DNA of 32,000 nt, from assembly GCF_009734345.1 (NCBI RefSeq), contig NZ_CP032551.1:1650001-1682000 (forward strand), given 5' to 3'. The position numbers and the translations under genes are program-made. Positions 26,470 through 32,000 of the stretch are shown piece by piece. Below the pieces are notes generated by a model that was given only the letters and a program-made list of their open reading frames with translations, ran no database searches and was not told the origin of the DNA. Positions within the stretch are counted from its first letter, which is position 1, and each line of letters begins with the position of its first letter. The stretch comes from Pseudidiomarina andamanensis. Lineage in GTDB: Bacteria > Pseudomonadota > Gammaproteobacteria > Enterobacterales > Alteromonadaceae.

Positions 26470-28146
26470 TTAGTTGCCCTCCAGCATTGGTAAGTCTAAC
26501 CCTTGATCACGCGCACAATCTTTCGCAATGTCATACCCCGCATCAGCATGGCGCATCACGCCGGTACCCGGATCATTCCAAAGTACCCGACTTAAACGCT
26601 GATCGGCAGCTTCGGTACCATCGGCAACAATCACTACACCTGAGTGTTGTGAGTAACCCATACCGACGCCACCACCATGGTGCAGGCTCACCCATGTAGC
26701 GCCGCCCGCGGTATTTAAAAGAGCGTTCAATAATGGCCAATCTGAAACCGCATCTGAGCCATCCAGCATACTTTCTGTTTCGCGGTTCGGACTAGCAACA
26801 GAGCCTGAATCGAGATGATCGCGACCAATGACAATCGGCGCTTTGAGTTCGCCATTTTTGACCATGTCATTGAATGCTCGCGCGATACGTGCGCGATCTT
26901 TGAGGCCAATCCAACAAATACGTGCTGGCAAGCCTTGGAAACTAATGCGCTCACGCGCCATATCTAACCAATTGTGCAGGTGTGGGTCGTCAGGAATGAG
27001 TTCTTTCACCTTCGCGTCGGTTTTGTAAATATCTTCCGGGTCGCCTGACAACGCCACCCAGCGGAATGGACCGATACCTTGGCAGAAAAGCGGACGGATA
27101 TACGCTGGCACGAAGCCTGGGAAATCAAACGCATGATCGACGCCAACGTCTTTCGCCATTTGACGGATATTGTTGCCGTAATCTAAGGTCGCTGCACCGC
27201 GCTCTTGTAGCGTTAACATGGCACGCACCTGCACTGCCATTGACTGCTTCGCTGCCGCGACAGTGCCGGTTGGGTCACTCTCTTGGCTCTCAAGATATTG
27301 CTCGAGCGTCCAGCCTTGCGGTAAATAGCCGTGCAATGGATCGTGTGCAGACGTTTGGTCGGTGACCACATCTGGGGTGATATTGCGCTCAACCAACTCG
27401 GCATAAACATCGGCTGCATTACCGAGCAATCCGACAGAAATTGCACGGCCTTCTTCACGCGCTTGTTCAAGTAATTTCAGCGCGTCGTCTAACGAAGTCG
27501 CTTTGTGGTCGAGGTAACGGGTGCGTAAACGAAAATCGATACGTGTTTCGTCAACATCCACTGCCAACATGCAATAACCAGCCATAGTTGCCGCTAGTGG
27601 CTGTGCGCCGCCCATACCACCGAGGCCACCAGTAAGAATCCAACGGCCTTGGGTATTCCCCTCAAAATGCTGACGTGCCACGGATACGAAGGTTTCGTAG
27701 GTGCCCTGTACAATGCCTTGCGAGCCAATATAAATCCATGATCCGGCGGTCATTTGGCCGTACATCATCAAGCCTTTTTTATCGAGCTCGTTAAATTGTT
27801 CCCAATTCGCCCACTCGGGTACTAAGTTTGAGTTAGCGATTAATACTCGCGGTGCATCTTCATGAGTCGGGAACACGCCAACCGGTTTACCCGATTGCAC
27901 CAACAACGTTTCAGTTGGTTTCAGTCGTTCAAGTACTTCAACAATTTTATCGAATGCTTCCCAACTGCGCGCCGCTCGGCCAATACCACCATAAACTACG
28001 AGTGCTTGCGGATGCTCGGCTACCTCGTCATCGAGATTATTCATCAGCATGCGTTTGGCTGCTTCAATTTGCCAGTTTGCCGTGGTTAGCTCTGAACCAC
28101 GGTCAGCGCGGATCTTTCGGCTTTTATCTAAGCGGGTAAAACTCAT
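26470..28146 (-). CDS. hutU: Urocanate hydratase
   Basis: 558 aa with [18 protein letters not shown] (tightly bound NAD site). It is colinear with HutU. Confidence 0.97.
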   Translation of the reverse strand: MSFTRLDKSRKIRADRGSELTTANWQIEAAKRMLMNNLDDEVAEHPQALVVYGGIGRAARSWEAFDKIVEVLERLKPTETLLVQSGKPVGVFPTHEDAPRVLIANSNLVPEWANWEQFNELDKKGLMMYGQMTAGSWIYIGSQGIVQGTYETFVSVARQHFEGNTQGRWILTGGLGGMGGAQPLAATMAGYCMLAVDVDETRIDFRLRTRYLDHKATSLDDALKLLEQAREEGRAISVGLLGNAADVYAELVERNITPDVVTDQTSAHDPLHGYLPQGWTLEQYLESQESDPTGTVAAAKQSMAVQVRAMLTLQERGAATLDYGNNIRQMAKDVGVDHAFDFPGFVPAYIRPLFCQGIGPFRWVALSGDPEDIYKTDAKVKELIPDDPHLHNWLDMARERISFQGLPARICWIGLKDRARIARAFNDMVKNGELKAPIVIGRDHLDSGSVASPNRETESMLDGSDAVSDWPLLNALLNTAGGATWVSLHHGGGVGMGYSQHSGVVIVADGTEAADQRLSRVLWNDPGTGVMRHADAGYDIAKDCARDQGLDLPMLEGN

Positions 28147-28172
28147 CTGTTTATCCTTTTTCTTACTTGCGT

Positions 28173-28871
28173 TTAAGCTTTAAACGTTAAATGGCCACCC
28201 AACACAAAGCGTGAGCCTGGGTGCGTCAATACGGCATAAGTCACCACACCAGCATCACTCCAAGTGCGACGCACAATGCGTAAACATGGCTCTGGCTTAT
28301 TCAATTCCAGCCATTCGCACACGTGAGCGTTTGGTGTCACCGCTTCAATTTGATGACTTGCTTCGGTCAGCGGGGCAACGGCACTTAAGTATTCATGCGG
28401 CGTGATTTGACGAAAATCTTGCTTCAAATAATCTTCGACGATAGCAGGATTAACGTAGCGCTCTTCAACCTGCACCGGTAATCCATTCTCAAGATGGGTA
28501 ATCACCGAATAATAAACGGGACTTTCCGCTTCTATTTGAAGTTGTTCTGCCACCTGCAAGCTCGCTGGCACTTGCCTGAGTACATGCACGTGCGCTTCAT
28601 AATCGTGCTGACGAGCACGAATTTCGTCGGCAATGTTGCGAATGGCCATAAACGACGTCTGTGACTTCAGTGGTGCGACGTAGGTGCCAGAGCCTTTCGA
28701 GCGAATCACTAGGCCTTCGTCAGCAAGCTCCTGTAACGCTCGACGTGCGGTCATACGACTCACTTTGAACTGAGTCGCTAGCGCATTTTCTGAACTTACA
28801 GGATGATTTTCAGGCCACTCACCCGAAGCAATCTTGCTATAAATATGCTGTTTGATTTTTGAAAATTTCAC
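28173..28871 (-). CDS. hutC: Histidine utilisation repressor, GntR/HutC family
   Basis: N-terminal GntR winged HTH ([39 protein letters not shown]) plus a UTRA effector domain, 26 nt upstream of hutU. Confidence 0.9.
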   Translation of the reverse strand: MKFSKIKQHIYSKIASGEWPENHPVSSENALATQFKVSRMTARRALQELADEGLVIRSKGSGTYVAPLKSQTSFMAIRNIADEIRARQHDYEAHVHVLRQVPASLQVAEQLQIEAESPVYYSVITHLENGLPVQVEERYVNPAIVEDYLKQDFRQITPHEYLSAVAPLTEASHQIEAVTPNAHVCEWLELNKPEPCLRIVRRTWSDAGVVTYAVLTHPGSRFVLGGHLTFKA

Positions 28872-28976
28872 GAACGTTCTACCTATGTGGTTACCGCTTT
28901 GGCTACCTTAAAAAAGCAACCGTGATCAAATCATTCAGACTAATGTTAGAGTGTGATAGAGTGTAGTCATCTTTAA

Positions 28977-28988
28977 TTGTATATACAA
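28977..28988. promoter_or_regulatory. HutC operator candidate, perfect palindrome TTGTATATACAA
   Basis: Lies in the 138-bp hutC/hutI divergent region. The core TGTA-TA-TACA matches the TGTA-N2-TACA dyad I recall for Pseudomonas HutC. It sits 21 nt upstream of the hutI ATG. Confidence 0.6.
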
Positions 28989-29009
28989 GTTGTCGGTGGG
29001 AGATTTTTT

Positions 29010-30212
29010 ATGACAGCAACCATGCAGCGCCTCGAGAACGTTCAGCTTGCCACCATGACAGGCGAGGGCTACGGCCTGATTAATGATGGTGTGATTATCT
29101 TTGATCATGAACAAATTCACTTCGCTGGTCAGCGCAGTGACGCACCAATGGTTGCCGCCGAAACAATCAACGGCAACGGCGGCTTAGTCACTCCCGGACT
29201 CATTGACTGCCATACTCACTTGGTTTGGGCTGGTTCGCGTGCCGATGAGTTTGCTAAGCGTTTACACGGTGTTAGTTATGCCGACATTGCGGCTCAAGGT
29301 GGTGGTATTGCGGCAACGGTGCGAGCAACGCGAGCGGCGTCAGAGGAAACTTTGGTTAAGGTGACAATGCCTCGGCTTAAAGCTTTGTTGCGCGAAGGCG
29401 TCACAACCGTTGAAATAAAATCGGGCTATGGCTTAAGCCTTGAAGACGAGCGCAAACAACTGCGCGCTGCACGTCAACTTGCCGACTTGTTGCCGGTATC
29501 CGTTCGAACGACGTTATTGGCAGCACATGCCGTACCACCTGAATATAAAAACCAAGCGGATGCCTATATTGATTTAGTGGTTGAATCAATTATTCCGACA
29601 CTAGCTGTCGAAGGCTTAGCAGATGCCGTGGATGCATTTTGTGAATCGGTGGGTTTTACCACAGCGCAAACCGAACGTGTGTTTCAGGCCGCTCAAGCTG
29701 CTGGTTTGCCAGTAAAATTACACGCTGAACAATTAAGCAACCAACATGGGAGTGCGCTTGCTGCCCGCTACCAAGCATTGTCGTGTGACCATCTCGAATA
29801 CTTAGATGAAGCCGGTGTTGAAGCCATGGCAAAGGCCGGTACTGTTGCGGTGTTGTTGCCGGGCGCGTTTTATTTCCTACGAGAAACCAAACAGCCGCCA
29901 TTGCAACTGTTGCGCGACTACAACGTGCCTATAGCGGTATCGACTGACGCTAACCCCGGCACGTCACCAATTTTGAGTGTTCAACTCATGCTGCAGATGG
30001 CAGCGACGTTGTTCCGAATGACGCCTGAAGAATGTCTACGTGGGGTAACTGTGAACGCCGCAAAAGCTTTAGGTTTGAGCGATCGCGGTCAACTGGCTGC
30101 AGGTATGCGCGCTGATTTGTGCTTGTGGGATGTCGACGATCCAGCTGCGCTCACCTATCAGTTTGGTACCAATCCGTTAAGCGCTTGCTGGTATCAAGGT
30201 TCGCGTCGCTGA
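29010..30212 (+). CDS. hutI: Imidazolonepropionase
   Basis: Start trimmed to the ATG at 29010 (GGTGGGAG SD 6 nt upstream). It is an amidohydrolase with the DCHTHLV metal site. Length is 400 aa. Confidence 0.95.
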   Translation: MTATMQRLENVQLATMTGEGYGLINDGVIIFDHEQIHFAGQRSDAPMVAAETINGNGGLVTPGLIDCHTHLVWAGSRADEFAKRLHGVSYADIAAQGGGIAATVRATRAASEETLVKVTMPRLKALLREGVTTVEIKSGYGLSLEDERKQLRAARQLADLLPVSVRTTLLAAHAVPPEYKNQADAYIDLVVESIIPTLAVEGLADAVDAFCESVGFTTAQTERVFQAAQAAGLPVKLHAEQLSNQHGSALAARYQALSCDHLEYLDEAGVEAMAKAGTVAVLLPGAFYFLRETKQPPLQLLRDYNVPIAVSTDANPGTSPILSVQLMLQMAATLFRMTPEECLRGVTVNAAKALGLSDRGQLAAGMRADLCLWDVDDPAALTYQFGTNPLSACWYQGSRR

Positions 30213-31240
30213 AAGCCGTGCAAGTAAGCAAGTACCAACTCACTTAATAACTGAGCACACGCCATATCGCCAGCTTCGCGCCCAGCAGGGTGCAAGCTTG
30301 GTGCAGCTTCAGCTAAATGTAGGTAGCGCGTGCGCGGTAAACTTGCCAAGGTTTCCACAAGACTATAGCCATGCGCCACGTTCAAGCCATTGAAGTTAAT
30401 GGCACTGGCCGGCACGCCTTGTAATGCATCTACGTCAATTTCAATACCAAGTGGCACATGCCAAGCTTCTGCTTGGGCGGCTATGGCGCTGAGCTCAGTG
30501 GACCAATCGTGGGTATATAACTCGTGTACACTGCGATACGTAAATTCCGCATCAGCCAGTTGCTTTAGGCTGTCAGCATTATTCTTGCCTTCATGTAGCC
30601 CAACCACATGATAGTGCTTCAACGCACCGCCCACATAGGCATAGCTAAAGCCATTACCACTGTGACGGCCTTCACGCGCACGAAAGTCGGCATGAGGGTC
30701 AAGGTTCACTGCACCTACGCTTACTTCTGAGGCTTGCTGTAATGAGGTAATCAATGGGTAGGCGTTGTTGTGGCCACCACCAATTAGTATCACATCAAAT
30801 CCCGCTTCAAATAACGGCACCACAACTTGTTGAACACGTTGGTCGAGGCGTTCGCACAGTTCTCGCAACTGGGCTAATTCACCTGCATCTGTATTGCGCA
30901 GGGCATCAGCTTGCTGCTGCAGATCATCGCATTGAACTTTCCCAACAATGAGCAGCTCATGGTCCGCAATCATTGGGTTCGATTGCAACGCCAGCAGCCC
31001 TTTCAATGCGGCCGCAAACGCATGCTCCGAACCGCCACGACCTAAATTGGCGCGCGGGCCAATGGATTCAGGAACACCAACGATGGCAATACGTTGCCCA
31101 CGCTCCCATGCTTGTTGAAGGGCATGATGATAGGTATCAATGGCACCAATGTCAGGTAAGCAGTGGACGGTTTGTCCGAGCCGGATTTCGCCGCTGCGAG
31201 GAGTGAACCACGCAGCGGGATCAATCGATGTTAAAAACAT
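30194..31240 (-). CDS. hutG: Formimidoylglutamase (arginase-fold ureohydrolase)
   Basis: Arginase-family metal-ligand segments ([27 protein letters not shown]). Genomic context is with hutHUCI. Confidence 0.8.
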   Translation of the reverse strand: MFLTSIDPAAWFTPRSGEIRLGQTVHCLPDIGAIDTYHHALQQAWERGQRIAIVGVPESIGPRANLGRGGSEHAFAAALKGLLALQSNPMIADHELLIVGKVQCDDLQQQADALRNTDAGELAQLRELCERLDQRVQQVVVPLFEAGFDVILIGGGHNNAYPLITSLQQASEVSVGAVNLDPHADFRAREGRHSGNGFSYAYVGGALKHYHVVGLHEGKNNADSLKQLADAEFTYRSVHELYTHDWSTELSAIAAQAEAWHVPLGIEIDVDALQGVPASAINFNGLNVAHGYSLVETLASLPRTRYLHLAEAAPSLHPAGREAGDMACAQLLSELVLAYLHGFQRREP

Positions 31241-31255
31241 AGTGGTTGATTCAAC

Positions 31256-31741
31256 TTACTCGATATCAAGGGGTTCTGGTGAAATGATAATGCCCGTGCT
31301 ATCGGCGTAAAGGTGATCTTCTGGTAAGAACGTTACGCCGCCGAAGTTTACCGCAACATCGACTTCGCCGACGCTATCATTGGCAGCGCCAACCGGCATT
31401 GAAGCAACCGCCATAATGCCCATATCGAGTTCATCTAACGCATCAACATCACGAACGGCACCGTAGCAAATGATGCCTTCCCAATCGTTTTCAAACGCCA
31501 AGTCGGCGACAGCAATATCGACGAGTGCGCGGCGTGTCGAACCGCCGCCATCAATCAGTAGTACTTTACCGGTACCAGGCTGCTGCACCACTTCTTCAAT
31601 TATGCCTTTGTCTTCGAAGCACTTCACGGTGACCAACTGGCCGCCGAACGACACCCGACCGCCGTAGTGAATGAACATCGGTTCAACCACATCGACTAAA
31701 TCTGGGTATAAATCGCAAAGTTCTGACGTGTTGTATTCCAT
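31256..31741 (-). CDS. rraA: Ribonuclease E inhibitor RraA
   Basis: 161 aa, near colinear with E. coli RraA ([57 protein letters not shown]). Confidence 0.95.
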   Translation of the reverse strand: MEYNTSELCDLYPDLVDVVEPMFIHYGGRVSFGGQLVTVKCFEDKGIIEEVVQQPGTGKVLLIDGGGSTRRALVDIAVADLAFENDWEGIICYGAVRDVDALDELDMGIMAVASMPVGAANDSVGEVDVAVNFGGVTFLPEDHLYADSTGIIISPEPLDIE

Positions 31742-31835
31742 TGCCGTACCCCGTTCACTGTGACTTAACGTCTTGAATGTTAAAGCACAGTATAGCCGCT
31801 TCTGCCCGAGTGCAAAAGCGGCGCGGGTTAAGCAA

Positions 31836-32000
31836 TTACAAAATAAACCGGCTTAGGTCTTCGTCTTGCGCCAACTCTCCGAGGTAACGGTCGACATAAA
31901 CCGCATCAATTTCGATGCGCTGGCCATGTAAGTCACTGGCTTTGAAAGAAATTTCTTCCATTAGCCGTTCTAACACCGTGTGTAAACGACGCGCACCAAT
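31836..32000 (-). CDS. hslU: ATP-dependent protease ATPase subunit HslU, C-terminal 54 codons (5' part lies outside the window)
   Basis: The reverse translation [54 protein letters not shown] matches the HslU C-terminus. It is not in the ORF track because the visible part is under 60 aa. Confidence 0.9.
   Translation of the reverse strand: MGARRLHTVLERLMEEISFKASDLHGQRIEIDAVYVDRYLGELAQDEDLSRFIL

Noticed and set aside
31795-31822. Hairpin GCCGCTTCTGC-N5-TGCAAAAGCGGC after the hslU stop as an intrinsic terminator
   Set aside because: The stem is plausible (7+3 bp with one mismatch), but on the minus strand it is not followed by a U-tract, and the region also has to hold the rraA promoter. That is too weak to annotate as a terminator.
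1-32000. Mobile genetic element, genomic island, defence system, CRISPR array or RNA gene calls
   Set aside because: I found no integrase, transposase or recombinase ORF, no tRNA-like or rRNA-like sequence, no CRISPR-type spaced repeat array, and no recognisable defence or toxin-antitoxin genes. The accessory blocks are inferred only from broken synteny, so I do not label them as mobile elements.

Overview
This is a chromosomal segment of a gammaproteobacterium. Gene content and order look like marine Alteromonadales/Vibrionales-type genomes, but the taxon cannot be fixed from the sequence alone. I support 30 coding regions, 28 complete and 2 cut by the window edges. I saw no rRNA, tRNA, CRISPR, transposase or integrase.

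An E. coli-like backbone is recognisable: a CpxRA-like two-component system, glnA-(DUF4124)-ntrB-ntrC, typA/bipA, yihY-dtd-yiiD, rraA and the hslU 3' end. Three accessory blocks interrupt it.
- Block A (5.8-16.6 kb): an RND adaptor and pump, two PepSY-TM paralogs (one fused to an NqrF-like 2Fe-2S/FAD/NAD(P)H reductase), a 902-aa TonB-dependent receptor and a DUF21-CBS (CNNM) protein.
- Block B (18.6-22.3 kb): a hemolysin-III protein, a 93-aa ORF, a TetR regulator, an FMN reductase, a DUF2959 lipoprotein and an SDR.
- Block C (24.7-31.2 kb): a TraR/DksA zinc finger plus a complete four-step hut set (hutH, hutU, hutC, hutI, hutG).

The best candidate for something undescribed is the TonB receptor / PepSY / PepSY-reductase fusion module. 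It may be a self-powered transmembrane metal or siderophore reductase. Its upstream region has no convincing Fur box but carries HutC-operator-like palindromes.

Other oddities:
- A 20-bp perfect palindrome encodes both stop codons of two convergent genes.
- A roughly 137-bp microsatellite-like dyad lies between the RND operon and the glnA enhancer.
- A 16-bp inverted repeat bridges the promoter spacer and the Shine-Dalgarno (SD) site of the RND operon.
- hutG is tethered to rraA.

All functional calls rest on my reading of the translated ORFs and motifs. No database search was run.
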